NCBI GenBank assembly: GCA_963677925.2
Contig: CAXXYH010000004.1
Coordinates: 1,984,001-2,048,000, forward strand
Direction of reading: 5' to 3'
Length of the DNA stretch: 64,000 bases
Source of the DNA: Spirochaetia bacterium
GTDB lineage: Bacteria; Spirochaetota; Spirochaetia; UBA9216
Positions 8,810 to 18,642 of this stretch are shown here, in pieces (within the stretch, counting starts at the first letter, position 1; every line of letters begins with the position of its first letter). The translations under genes and the position numbers were made by a program. The notes beneath the pieces were generated by a model. That model did not search any database, was not told where the DNA came from, and saw only the letters and a program-made list of their open reading frames with translations.

Positions 8810-10291
8810 ATGACTACCACACAGGCAATTGACGCTAACACTTCTGAACAGGAACTGCTCCTGCATTTATATGAAAGGGTTTTGTCGGGTGAGATGCAGA
8901 CTTTCGCCAGTCTTACTGAATATGTCGGAAAACTGCCCGATTCAAAAAAACTCAGGAAGTGTCTATTCAAATCTTTTGAGCTTCAGCGTAAAATTTACTG
9001 GGGAATTTTTAAAGAATTAACTCCGAAAGCCTTCCCTCTGCTCTGGCAGGAAATGGTTATTGCAGACAGAAAATTCACTTTCGGCGGTGATTTAAAGAGG
9101 CTGATGTCGATTCCTGAAATTTATCTTGGACTGATAGATATTCACGGTTATACGAAATACTGTCAGGACAAAAAACGTAATATGTCGATGGTGGATCTTC
9201 TCGATCGGATGATCTATGAGGATGTAACAGCAATAAGTGCAGATTCCGGTGTTATTACCAAGCGTGCACAGGGTGATGAGATTCTGGTAATAGGAGCATC
9301 AGCATCTGATGTAATGAAGGCTGTTATGCAGATAATGGATTACTTCAATACGCAGGGCCGCTCATTCAGAAATACAATATTAAGCAGGAAACTGCCGGGA
9401 ACGGTTCTTCCGAAGTTTCAGATTTCTGCCGGTATATCCGGCGGACAGAAATTTACTCCGCTTGTTGTAACAAGAGACGGTGATATTTCGGGTGATATTG
9501 TAAATACTGCAGCAAGACTTCAGACCAAAGCCAACCGTATCAGCCCTAACAGCAACAGGATTATGATTACAAATCATGTTTTCCAGAAGTTTGTTTCCTG
9601 GCAGAAAGAAAACGAGGATGATTATTTTTCACGTGTTGATTTTTTCAATGTCGGAACTGTCGAGTTTAAGGGTGTTACCCTTGTAGTATACGATTTGATT
9701 TTTCTGCCGGAAGAGAGCAGGCGTCTGGAGCTCAGGGAAAAGATGGAAGTTCTTTATCAGAATTTGAATAAAAAGAACTGGAAGACAGGGGTCTTTGAGA
9801 GCGCGCTAGATGTTGCAGCCGGAAGTTTGAAAAATATGATAGAAAAAGGATGCCGCGACAGTTCTGCCGGAAGGATTCTTGAGGAAAGATGTAAGGGGCT
9901 GCTTGAACTAATTAAATCTGCGCTCAAACTTTTTAATGCCATGTATTATGAGGCTGCAATAAGCACGTTATCGCAGATTGTTGATGAGCTTATTCAGATA
10001 AAACAGATTGACAGGATTGTAATCGAATATCTGCAGCTTATACAGAAAAATTATCTTGAAATAAATAAGGCTTACACAGATATTCTTGATGAGGAAGTTG
10101 AAATCAGATTAAATGATCTCTACGGTCCCAAAGAAAAGACAAACTACCTTTTATTAAAAAAACATCAGAATATGTACAGCACAATACAGTCTTCAACAAG
10201 GCTTAAACTGAATAACCGAAAAAAACTATGGCACCGAATTACTGATGATATCGGATCAGAATTAAATATCAATCTTCAGTCCTTCAAGTAG
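8810..10291 (+). CDS. soluble class III nucleotide cyclase (adenylate/guanylate cyclase domain) with helical C-terminal region
   Basis: LIDIHGYT, RAQGDEI, ISAGISGG, DISGDIVNTAARLQ and VEFKG match the cyclase homology domain; no TM segment seen. Confidence 0.8.
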   Translation: MTTTQAIDANTSEQELLLHLYERVLSGEMQTFASLTEYVGKLPDSKKLRKCLFKSFELQRKIYWGIFKELTPKAFPLLWQEMVIADRKFTFGGDLKRLMSIPEIYLGLIDIHGYTKYCQDKKRNMSMVDLLDRMIYEDVTAISADSGVITKRAQGDEILVIGASASDVMKAVMQIMDYFNTQGRSFRNTILSRKLPGTVLPKFQISAGISGGQKFTPLVVTRDGDISGDIVNTAARLQTKANRISPNSNRIMITNHVFQKFVSWQKENEDDYFSRVDFFNVGTVEFKGVTLVVYDLIFLPEESRRLELREKMEVLYQNLNKKNWKTGVFESALDVAAGSLKNMIEKGCRDSSAGRILEERCKGLLELIKSALKLFNAMYYEAAISTLSQIVDELIQIKQIDRIVIEYLQLIQKNYLEINKAYTDILDEEVEIRLNDLYGPKEKTNYLLLKKHQNMYSTIQSSTRLKLNNRKKLWHRITDDIGSELNINLQSFK

Positions 10292-10376
10292 TATTTATCG
10301 ATAATATTTAAAACTTATTTCCAAAGGGATTAAATTAAGTTAATATTGAATATATTCGGTAAAAAAGATATGGGTA

Positions 10377-11663
10377 GTGATTAAAGATAATAGAGATAAG
10401 CTCTGGACCAGAGCATTTATAATAATATGTATAGTATCGTTATTTGTCCGTTTAAGCAGTTTTATGCGCGGGGTTTCCCTGCCTCTTTTTGTACTTGATC
10501 TTGGATATCAGAAAACTCAAGCCGGGCTTATGACTTCGATCTATGCTATAACTGCACTTGTTTTCCGCCCTCTCATGGGAAATCTGATTGATAAGAAAAG
10601 CCGCAGGAGTATCCTTCTTTTTGGTAATGCGGTTTTTGTTGTAACTATAAGCAGCTTCGGATTATATAAATTTTTTCCTCCCTCTTTGCATTCAATCTGG
10701 GTTCTTTATCTTATACAGCTAATCAATGGCATCGGATTTTCTGCCAATTCAGTTGCACTGAGCACTATATCAACTGATGTAATACCAAACAGCCGCATGA
10801 CCGAGGGAATCGGTTACTTTGGACTGACATCCTCAGTTACAATGGCATTTGCGCCCTCCCTGGCTCTATTCACTATGGACAGGACAGGTTACAGCAATGG
10901 ATTTCTTATTACATCAGGTATAGCTTTTTTTGCACTTCTTCTTGGGCTAATGGTCAATTATGAAAAGGCTGAATCGATGAAGCCAAGAGCTGATATCCCT
11001 GAAAATTTAGATACAACTGTCGTGGAAAAATCAGCAGGCAAATGCGGTTTCTGGGATAAAATAATTGAACCAAACGCTTTTATTCCTGCTTTGATAATGA
11101 TGCTGACCATGTTCGGCGGTTCATCTATCAATACCTTTCTTCCAACATATACCAGAGAAAATGCAATTCCGGCCACCGGTCTTGTATTTACAGTACAGGC
11201 TGCAGGTTCGATTATATCCAGGCTATTTATCGGTGGACTCTCCGAGAAGTGGGGACAGGCCAGAGTCCTTGTCATCGGGTTTATCTGTGATTTTTCAGGG
11301 ATGCTGCTTATTTTTTCTTCATCTTTAATCATTGACAGTGATACGCCGGCGGCTGTCAATCTGGCTGTTACCGTCATGCTTACAGCGGGTTTTCTGACAG
11401 GCGCGTCAAAAGCGTTCATTATGACTGTACTTAATACTGAGGCTATTATAAGAACTCCTATGAACCGCAGAGGTTCGGCAAATGCTACTTTTTATATGTT
11501 CATGGATGTAGGGGTTGGTCTGGGGTCAGTAGTGTGGGGCAGAACTGCTGATGTCTTCGGAACCAGCTGGATTTATGCAGGTGCAGCTGTTTTCTCTGTA
11601 TCAGGTCTGATTGCCTCCTCCCGGCTTAGAAGACGTATGAACGAACACCGAGCTAAGCTATAG
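10377..11663 (+). CDS. MFS transporter
   Basis: About 12 TM helices; motif A-like GNLIDKKSRR and GGLSEKWG. Confidence 0.9.
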   Translation: MIKDNRDKLWTRAFIIICIVSLFVRLSSFMRGVSLPLFVLDLGYQKTQAGLMTSIYAITALVFRPLMGNLIDKKSRRSILLFGNAVFVVTISSFGLYKFFPPSLHSIWVLYLIQLINGIGFSANSVALSTISTDVIPNSRMTEGIGYFGLTSSVTMAFAPSLALFTMDRTGYSNGFLITSGIAFFALLLGLMVNYEKAESMKPRADIPENLDTTVVEKSAGKCGFWDKIIEPNAFIPALIMMLTMFGGSSINTFLPTYTRENAIPATGLVFTVQAAGSIISRLFIGGLSEKWGQARVLVIGFICDFSGMLLIFSSSLIIDSDTPAAVNLAVTVMLTAGFLTGASKAFIMTVLNTEAIIRTPMNRRGSANATFYMFMDVGVGLGSVVWGRTADVFGTSWIYAGAAVFSVSGLIASSRLRRRMNEHRAKL

Positions 11664-12399
11664 TCTTTATGAAATAAGCCCAGAAAATCGAAACTGAACT
11701 GGATAGAAGCGTTCCTATCAGTACATATTCTGCAAAATTTTTATCTTCCAGATTCTTATACCGGGTAATGCTTTTTGCCGTTAGTATAAAGGCTATTGAT
11801 GTATAGTTTCCGGTTATTACAAAAAAGAAAAATAGTATTCTTTCCAGTACACCGATTATTTTTCCGCGTTTTAGTTCTGTTTCATCTGTAATCTGTGATT
11901 CTTTTGTAAGCGGTTCGATTCTAACAAGTTCGAGTATATGCCTTATGGGATTATTCAGTTCATTAACCAGAGCTGCTGTACCGAAACTGTAGATTAAAAA
12001 GGCTGATAATTCCAGTTCGGAGAACTCCTCTGTAAAGACAAGGTTTTCAGCAATCTTTGCTGTAAAGCTCAGTGTTCTGCTGTTAAAGATACCAGCTCCG
12101 GGAACAAATACAAAAGTAATCAGACCTGCTGCGATTATGAAAATGAACTCAATAAAACGTTTGAGATAGATAAACTTGGCCTTCTTTTCGATTAATAAAA
12201 ATACAAAATGATAAATTGCAAGAAACGCCATCAGAAGCGGAAAGGAATTATGGTTCATGGCCGGTAAAAGTGATATTACTTCAATCAGCAGAATCAGCAG
12301 GTTACGGCTAAGCCCTGCGACAGGCTTATGGTTCCAGTGATAAAAAAGTCTTGGTACAATAATACAGAGATAGAAATAGAATAAAACTGTTTTTTCCAT
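11653..12399 (-). CDS. DUF3307-like multi-pass membrane protein (SatD partner)
   Basis: C-terminal GKIIGVLER...FILTAKSITRY...FAEYVLIGTLLS signature; 6-7 TM; starts 2 bp after the satD stop. Confidence 0.75.
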   Translation of the reverse strand: MEKTVLFYFYLCIIVPRLFYHWNHKPVAGLSRNLLILLIEVISLLPAMNHNSFPLLMAFLAIYHFVFLLIEKKAKFIYLKRFIEFIFIIAAGLITFVFVPGAGIFNSRTLSFTAKIAENLVFTEEFSELELSAFLIYSFGTAALVNELNNPIRHILELVRIEPLTKESQITDETELKRGKIIGVLERILFFFFVITGNYTSIAFILTAKSITRYKNLEDKNFAEYVLIGTLLSSSVSIFWAYFIKTIA

Positions 12400-12401
12400 A
12401 A

Positions 12402-13025
12402 TTATACTTTTCCTGTTTTTGAAATGATAGTTTCGAAATAGTCCGCATAATAATTCAGATTATGTGTTTCAATCAGTTTATACACAGCTCTTTCCGATAT
12501 CTTCAGTTCGGTCTGTATAGCTTTGATACTTTTCTTCCGCAGCAGCCCTTCAAACGTATAAAATGTATTCGGCTTCCATTTATCCATCATTGAAAAGACA
12601 AGAGTATTTATCCTGTTTAATAGAAGATTTTGCTCATCATCTTCATTTGCAAAAAACTGGATATTAGTAAAATTATGCTTTTTCATACTGGATAAACCGT
12701 CTCTGGCAGAATAAAATGCTGGACCATCCATCCCCAGTGCTGAATTGTTGTTTATTATTGTGCTGATACTGCCTGTCCCGATAGAGACCCGGAGTTTAAC
12801 AGGGTATATAGCCATCATTATAGTAATAACATCAGATATAATCGGAGCTTCTTTTCTGCAGACTGCCTGAAACTCGTCTCCCAGCGTCACTGTATATGGT
12901 GATACGAGGTTATCACTGTTTTGATTTAAAGTATTCAATACTGTTATCAGTTTATTCTGAAGTTCGCCTCGATTATCTATTTTTTTAGAGTTTATTATAT
13001 CTGCAATTACCGCACAGTAAACCAT
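12402..13025 (-). CDS. satD: SatD-family protein (nucleotide-cyclase-like fold plus C-terminal HTH)
   Basis: YCAVIADIINSK, TLGDEFQ, RVSIGTG and MDGPAFYSAR motifs; HTH-like IKAIQTELKISERAVYK. Start moved to MVYCAV (13025); the ORF track begins at 13109. Confidence 0.85.
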   Translation of the reverse strand: MVYCAVIADIINSKKIDNRGELQNKLITVLNTLNQNSDNLVSPYTVTLGDEFQAVCRKEAPIISDVITIMMAIYPVKLRVSIGTGSISTIINNNSALGMDGPAFYSARDGLSSMKKHNFTNIQFFANEDDEQNLLLNRINTLVFSMMDKWKPNTFYTFEGLLRKKSIKAIQTELKISERAVYKLIETHNLNYYADYFETIISKTGKV

Positions 13026-13031
13026 GACTAT

Positions 13032-13109
13032 ATTGTACCAATATAATTCAATATTTGTCAAATGAACTAAAAAAGTACATAATAATATATTTGTACCAAT
13101 TGGGTACAA
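13032..13109 (-). promoter_or_regulatory. sigma70/extended -10 promoter of satD with repeated TTGTACCAAT operator-like boxes
   Basis: Minus strand TTGACA (13061-13056), 18 bp, TG-G-TACAAT (13037-13032), then 6 bp to ATG. TTGTACCAAT occurs at 13033 and 13091, and the palindrome TTGTACC-AATTG-GGTACAA spans 13091-13109. Confidence 0.55.
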
Positions 13110-13176
13110 TAAAAATTATTAAGTTGAAATGAAATTATGTCTATCGGGGGGTATATTAAAAATGGAGAAAAACTAA

Positions 13177-15336
13177 ATGAAACAAAAACTCATCTTAAAA
13201 GTAATAGCCGTAATGGCTGTATTTTCGTTTTTATCATGTGATGACGGAATCCTGGAAAAATTGAAAGAAGATGTTGAGATTGCTACAGCAAGGCTGCTTG
13301 AACTTACTGTTACAGCCTCTGATCATGGAACTGTTGAACCTTCCGGAAGTGTATACGTAGCAAAGGGCAGTCCATATGAAATTGCTGCAGTTCCCGATGA
13401 CGGCTATCGTTTTTCCGGATGGGAAGCCTCAGGCGGAGAGGGTATAACATTCGGGAATGCTGCAGATGCATCTACAACAGTTACCTTGTCTTCTGGAAAT
13501 GCTTCTATCTCAGCTAATTTTGAAATCTACAAGATTGGAGATGTTGCTTTTTCACCTGAACCGGGTACTTTTTATGAAACCACAACTATATATCTGTCAA
13601 CTGATATATCCGATGCTGATATTTATTATACTCTTGATGAAACAGAGCCTACGGAGACTTCTGGTACATTGTACGATTCAAATACCGGGATAATTCTTTC
13701 TGACACAGATACTACAACTGTAATTTCCGCAGCCGCTTTCAAAAGCGGTCTGACCTCAAGCAATCCTTCTGCAGGGACCTATTCGATCTATGGAACAGTA
13801 AACGCCCCGGTTATATCATCAACCCCGGAATCCTCTGAAGTATCTGATTTTTTCACTGTGTCTTTGTCTCCGGCTACTTCAGGATCTGATATCTTTTATA
13901 CGAAAGACGGTTCTGTACCGGATGCAGGAAGTATCCCCTATTCAGGCTCTTTAAGTGTAACTGAAAATACAACAGTCCGGGCTGTCGCCTTGAAAAATAA
14001 CTGGCTGGATTCTTCCATTGCTTCTGAAACATTTATAACAGGATGGGCAAAGGCATCAGGTACAAGTTCATATACAGAGACTGGAATGAGTGCTGTGCAG
14101 GGAACGGATGGTTATATCTATGTAACAGCAAAGAGCTCTATGAATACCAACCGTCGTCTTTATAAATATACCTCCTATGGCAGCAGAGTCTGGGGGCGTG
14201 TTCTTGATCAAACTGTAGTAGATACCGGAAAACCCATTACACTTGCTGCAGACGGTAGAATAGTCAGCTGTGGTTCCTCTCAAGTTGGAACTGGTTATAC
14301 ACGTACAGTAAAAACAAATACTACAGGTTCTAATGTCTTTGCATCTCAGGTAACACCTTATAGTGGTGAGAGTGCTGATAAAATGCGACATGAAAGCGTT
14401 GTGCTGATGAATGATGGAAAGTTTGTTTTTTCAGGATCCTATTACGGTGATATGGCTGGTTACTCGTTCGTACTTCTCTCTGTAGCAGATTCATCCGGGA
14501 ATATGTCTTACGGAAAATATTACGGAGGCTCGGACGTTGTTCGAACTCCTGGGCTGGATGTTTATCCTGCATCCGGTACAACTACCGGATTTATCATGTC
14601 AGGATACTATCAGGGGACAGGAGGAATAGATGGTTTTTTTATAATTACCGGAATAGACGGAAGCATAATCTCCCAAAAAAAATACTATTCTTCTCAGGGT
14701 ACAAATGAAGATGATAAATTTTATAGTGCAAGATCAGTAGGTTCATCAGGATTTATTATTGCCGGAGAATCCAATGGTGTTAATCTTTATGGAACAAGTC
14801 TCGATGCTGTACTGATCAGTCTTGACAGCTCAGGAAATCAAAATTGGATAAAATGTCTTGGAAACGTCAGTTACGATGACGGTTTTTATGATGCTATTCC
14901 TACTTCGGATGGAGGTTTTCTTGCTGCCGGGTACACTGAAGCTGCAGGTGCAGGCGGGAAGGATATCTGGATAGTTAAATTCACTTCTTCCGGTACAGTA
15001 AGCTGGCAGCGAGTTTACGGCGGAACGAGTGATGATTTTGCGAATGATATCCTACTCCTTAACGACGGTACTTATCTGATAACGGGAACAACCGCATCGT
15101 TTGGAACCGGAACAAACATATGGCTTCTTAAAATTGATGATGCTGGGAATATGTTTGCTAATACATCGGATCTTGTTTTAGCTCAATCTGCTTCAATACC
15201 ATATTCTGGCTTTACTCTATCAAGTACTAATTTAACATGGTCTGATTCACAGAATATTGCACCTAATTCTTCAGCCTGTGCGGACTACTCATCATCATCA
15301 GAAACGCCTGCAGTATGGGAACAGTTCCCTCAGTAA
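13177..15336 (+). CDS. surface lipoprotein: InlB-B/divergent repeat, two CHB_HEX_C/Fn3-like domains, beta-propeller
   Basis: Lipobox FLSC; AVPDDGYRFSGW; IYYTLDETEP and IFYTKDGSVP; repeated DGGFLAAGYT...DIWIVK...WQRVYGG blades; Ser/Thr/Gly-rich. Confidence 0.75.
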   Translation: MKQKLILKVIAVMAVFSFLSCDDGILEKLKEDVEIATARLLELTVTASDHGTVEPSGSVYVAKGSPYEIAAVPDDGYRFSGWEASGGEGITFGNAADASTTVTLSSGNASISANFEIYKIGDVAFSPEPGTFYETTTIYLSTDISDADIYYTLDETEPTETSGTLYDSNTGIILSDTDTTTVISAAAFKSGLTSSNPSAGTYSIYGTVNAPVISSTPESSEVSDFFTVSLSPATSGSDIFYTKDGSVPDAGSIPYSGSLSVTENTTVRAVALKNNWLDSSIASETFITGWAKASGTSSYTETGMSAVQGTDGYIYVTAKSSMNTNRRLYKYTSYGSRVWGRVLDQTVVDTGKPITLAADGRIVSCGSSQVGTGYTRTVKTNTTGSNVFASQVTPYSGESADKMRHESVVLMNDGKFVFSGSYYGDMAGYSFVLLSVADSSGNMSYGKYYGGSDVVRTPGLDVYPASGTTTGFIMSGYYQGTGGIDGFFIITGIDGSIISQKKYYSSQGTNEDDKFYSARSVGSSGFIIAGESNGVNLYGTSLDAVLISLDSSGNQNWIKCLGNVSYDDGFYDAIPTSDGGFLAAGYTEAAGAGGKDIWIVKFTSSGTVSWQRVYGGTSDDFANDILLLNDGTYLITGTTASFGTGTNIWLLKIDDAGNMFANTSDLVLAQSASIPYSGFTLSSTNLTWSDSQNIAPNSSACADYSSSSETPAVWEQFPQ

Positions 15337-15351
15337 GTAAAGGAAAAAGTA

Positions 15352-17382
15352 ATGAAAAATAAGTGTATACTAATATTGATAATTTTTATTTCAGGTTTTT
15401 CTGCATTTTCAGATAGCCTCGAATTTAAGGCTGCCCCTTATGTATCTCTTCCGGTTGCTGAAAGCGCAGATTATTATAATGTCGGCTATGGGGCAAATCT
15501 GGATCTTTTCTGGAGTCCTTTTCAAAACGGGATTTTCGGACTCTCCGGAGGTCTTGGTTATTCTGCACTGCCGACCCAGGCTGAAACTCTTTTATCTGCT
15601 TTCCGGCTGCAGTTGGGCGGCGGAGTTCGATGGCAGTTTCTGCCCCGCCTTACTCTCGGAGCAGATTTGCAGGCCGGGTTATATTATGGAATTTATGAAA
15701 CCCTTGATGCTCTGAATGCAGCCGCAAGGGGAGCAATACAGCTGGATTTTACTGTTACAGATGCATTCAGCTTCGGAGCCGGGGCCGATTATTCAAGATT
15801 TTTTACATCTGAAACCTCACTATATGACGGTGTAGGTGTAAGTATAATGGGAACTGTTAAACCCTCCGGAGTAGGAGCTTCACCAAAGATAGATTTAAAA
15901 TATATTGAAAGTCAGCCTGTTTTTCCGGTGTTCTATAAATGGTATGATACTAACACATTCGGAAACGGGACTTTAAAAAACTCCAGTACCTCAACTTTGA
16001 AGAATATCAGGGTACAGGTTTTTATTAATGAATTTATGGACACACCCAAAGACTGTATAAGTATAGCTCAGGTCAAACCCGGCGATACAGTTGATTTTCC
16101 GGTTTTTGCTTTATTTAAAGACAGTATTCTTACCGTGACCGAAAAAACAAAGGTTGCAGGTGAAATTGTTATTGAATATGAAGCACTTGGAAACACCTAC
16201 AGAACGAAAAAGAATTTTACTATAGATGTCTATGATCGAAATGCAATTACATGGTCTGATGATCGACGTGCTGCTTCTTTTGTTACTGCAAAGGATCCGT
16301 CAGTATTACAGTTCGCCAAGGAGATTGCAGGAGGAGCAAGGGAGTATCATCTAAAAGCTGGAGATAAAAACTTCCGTTCCGCAATGGCCATATTCATTGC
16401 TATGCAGGAATATGGAATGAAATATATTGTTGATCCGGTTTCTTCATATGAATCCTTGTCGGGTGATGAATCCGCTGTAGACTATCTGCAGTTTCCCAGG
16501 CAAACGCTTCAGTACAGATCCGGAGACTGTGATGATCTGACAATACTTTATTGTGCACTTCTTGAATCCGTCGGTATCAAAACAGCTTTTATAACTGTTC
16601 CGGGGCATATATATCCGGCTTTTGCATTGTCCATCTCTGAGGATGAAGCAGGAAAGACTTTCAGAAACGGACAGGAGAATTTGATTTTTGATCATGAACA
16701 GGTGTGGGTTCCTGTCGAAATTACAATGCTTAATTCCGGTTTCGTTGATGCATGGCAGAAAGGAGCCGGAGAATGGATGGAAAACGCCGAGAATGCTTCA
16801 ATTTATTCTATACATGATGCATGGAAGACTTATGAAAGTGTAGGTATCCGTGAGGAACTTAAGGAAATTAAAGTGCCTTTATGGAATGACGTAAAAGTAT
16901 CATATGGGAGGGAGATAGACAGATATATCGCATCAGAGCTTGATCCTCAGATTAAGCAGATAGAATCCAGGATGGCATCCATAGGTTCATCACCTAGACT
17001 GGAAAACAGAATCGGAACCCTTTACGCGAGATATGGAAAGCTTGATGAAGCAGGGAGAATATTCAAAAAAATCATTGAAAAGGATAATTTTCTGCCTTCT
17101 TACAATAACCTTGCCAATGTATATTATCTTCAGGAGGATTATTCTTCGGCTCTCTTATATTTTAACAAAGCTGAGAGCATTTCACCTGATCAAAGAACTA
17201 TAATTGCCGGCAGAATAAAAACACTAAAAGCCTTAAACCGATTTACAGAAGCTGATGAACAATTCAACAGGCTTTTAGCTCTTTATCCTGAATACGAAAA
17301 GGAATATTCCCTCTTATCGGGTAATTATGCTAATTCTGACAGGGCAGGTGAATCTGAACTGCCGGTGGAATGGGATGATTAA
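15352..17382 (+). CDS. secreted beta-barrel-like + transglutaminase-like (Cys-His-Glu) + TPR protein, paralog 1
   Basis: Signal peptide; about 150 aa of OMP-like strands; TLQYRSGDCDDLTILYCALLESVGI, VPGHIY, WVPVEIT; TPRs (NRIGTLYARYG, NNLANVYY). Confidence 0.75.
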   Translation: MKNKCILILIIFISGFSAFSDSLEFKAAPYVSLPVAESADYYNVGYGANLDLFWSPFQNGIFGLSGGLGYSALPTQAETLLSAFRLQLGGGVRWQFLPRLTLGADLQAGLYYGIYETLDALNAAARGAIQLDFTVTDAFSFGAGADYSRFFTSETSLYDGVGVSIMGTVKPSGVGASPKIDLKYIESQPVFPVFYKWYDTNTFGNGTLKNSSTSTLKNIRVQVFINEFMDTPKDCISIAQVKPGDTVDFPVFALFKDSILTVTEKTKVAGEIVIEYEALGNTYRTKKNFTIDVYDRNAITWSDDRRAASFVTAKDPSVLQFAKEIAGGAREYHLKAGDKNFRSAMAIFIAMQEYGMKYIVDPVSSYESLSGDESAVDYLQFPRQTLQYRSGDCDDLTILYCALLESVGIKTAFITVPGHIYPAFALSISEDEAGKTFRNGQENLIFDHEQVWVPVEITMLNSGFVDAWQKGAGEWMENAENASIYSIHDAWKTYESVGIREELKEIKVPLWNDVKVSYGREIDRYIASELDPQIKQIESRMASIGSSPRLENRIGTLYARYGKLDEAGRIFKKIIEKDNFLPSYNNLANVYYLQEDYSSALLYFNKAESISPDQRTIIAGRIKTLKALNRFTEADEQFNRLLALYPEYEKEYSLLSGNYANSDRAGESELPVEWDD

Positions 17383-17384
17383 AA

Positions 17385-18593
17385 CTATTCCGTAAGCGCA
17401 GTTTTCTCTGACACCCTGTTTCTGAGGAGCAGGGTAGTCAGGAAGGTAATTCCCAGAAGTATAGTGAAGAATACAAGAATATAATCAAGTGAAAGATTAA
17501 TTGAAATAAAGCTGCCAAGTACTGGTGATATAAACCATGCAGTCGAGCCTACCATGGTCTGAATACCGAATAGAAATCCTCGGTTCGCAGATGGAACCTT
17601 CTCGCTTGTGAGTGACATTACAAGAGGCTCAATGCCTCCTATGAAAAAATAAGTCAGCATCAGAGATATAAATAGACCTGATACACCGCCCAAAATATTA
17701 GAGGAAAGTGAAACAACCGCACCGATACCGGAAAGAATATACAGCAGTTTTGAACGGTCCATTGAATCTCCGAGTCTCGCAAGAGTGAGTCCGGAAAGAG
17801 CAGACACCAGCCCGATTCCTCCCGACAGCAGACCGGTTATGCTTGCACTTCCTTCGATGGTGCCACGGAGTTCCTGAATATACAGAGGAAGGAAGGGGGT
17901 AGGGAGTGTACGCGACATTCTCATAAAAAACAGGATGATAAACAATGCAATTATACTAGGCGTAATTAGTTTCAGTTTACGGTTTGCGGGGGCTTCCGGA
18001 GTTCTGTTTTTTCCTTCTATGTCCTGTTCAGGTTCCCTGATAATTAGGATTACGAGAAAGAATCCGGCAATTAGAATTGCCGAACCTATAAAAAAGCTCA
18101 TTCTGTATCCGAAATATTCTGCAATAATTCCGCCTATTGCAGGTCCCAGGGAATATCCGATAAAGGTTGATGATGATAGAAACCCAAGCGCATAGGATAG
18201 TTTTTTTACCGGAGTCCCTGTTGCCACGAGGGCAGAGCTTGAGGTTACTGTTCCTGTGATAGCTCCCTGAAGGATTCTGAAGATGAAAACGGCATAGATG
18301 CTTCTTGAAAGACCGAGCCCGGCAAGCACAATTGCCGCCCCCATCATTGCTCTTGCAAGCATAAGTTTTTTTCCGAATTTATCAGCAAGGTATCCCCATA
18401 CGGGAGCCATAACAGCAAGAGCTACACCAGGCATCGCAGTCAGGAGTCCTGTCCAGAATTTCAGTGCAACCGGATCTGTTATACCCATTTCCTGAATATA
18501 GAAAGGGATAAAAGGCAGGCCGAATCCGAATCCTATAAGAGAAAGTAACTGAGTAAACCAGACTGCATAGAGATTCCTGCGCCATAACTGCAT
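17385..18593 (-). CDS. MFS multidrug efflux transporter (MdtG/DHA1-like)
   Basis: WRRNLY, PFIPFYIQE and PVWGYLADKFGKKLMLARA motifs. Confidence 0.88.
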   Translation of the reverse strand: MQLWRRNLYAVWFTQLLSLIGFGFGLPFIPFYIQEMGITDPVALKFWTGLLTAMPGVALAVMAPVWGYLADKFGKKLMLARAMMGAAIVLAGLGLSRSIYAVFIFRILQGAITGTVTSSSALVATGTPVKKLSYALGFLSSSTFIGYSLGPAIGGIIAEYFGYRMSFFIGSAILIAGFFLVILIIREPEQDIEGKNRTPEAPANRKLKLITPSIIALFIILFFMRMSRTLPTPFLPLYIQELRGTIEGSASITGLLSGGIGLVSALSGLTLARLGDSMDRSKLLYILSGIGAVVSLSSNILGGVSGLFISLMLTYFFIGGIEPLVMSLTSEKVPSANRGFLFGIQTMVGSTAWFISPVLGSFISINLSLDYILVFFTILLGITFLTTLLLRNRVSEKTALTE

Positions 18594-18642
18594 GTGAATA
18601 TTTTACTTAAAAAGACCTGTTTGGTAAATCAGGCTATAAAAA

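Noticed and set aside
8810-11663. cyclase plus adjacent membrane protein as a Pycsar system
   Set aside because: The neighbour is an ordinary 12-TM MFS transporter 85 bp away, not a PycTM/TIR-like effector.
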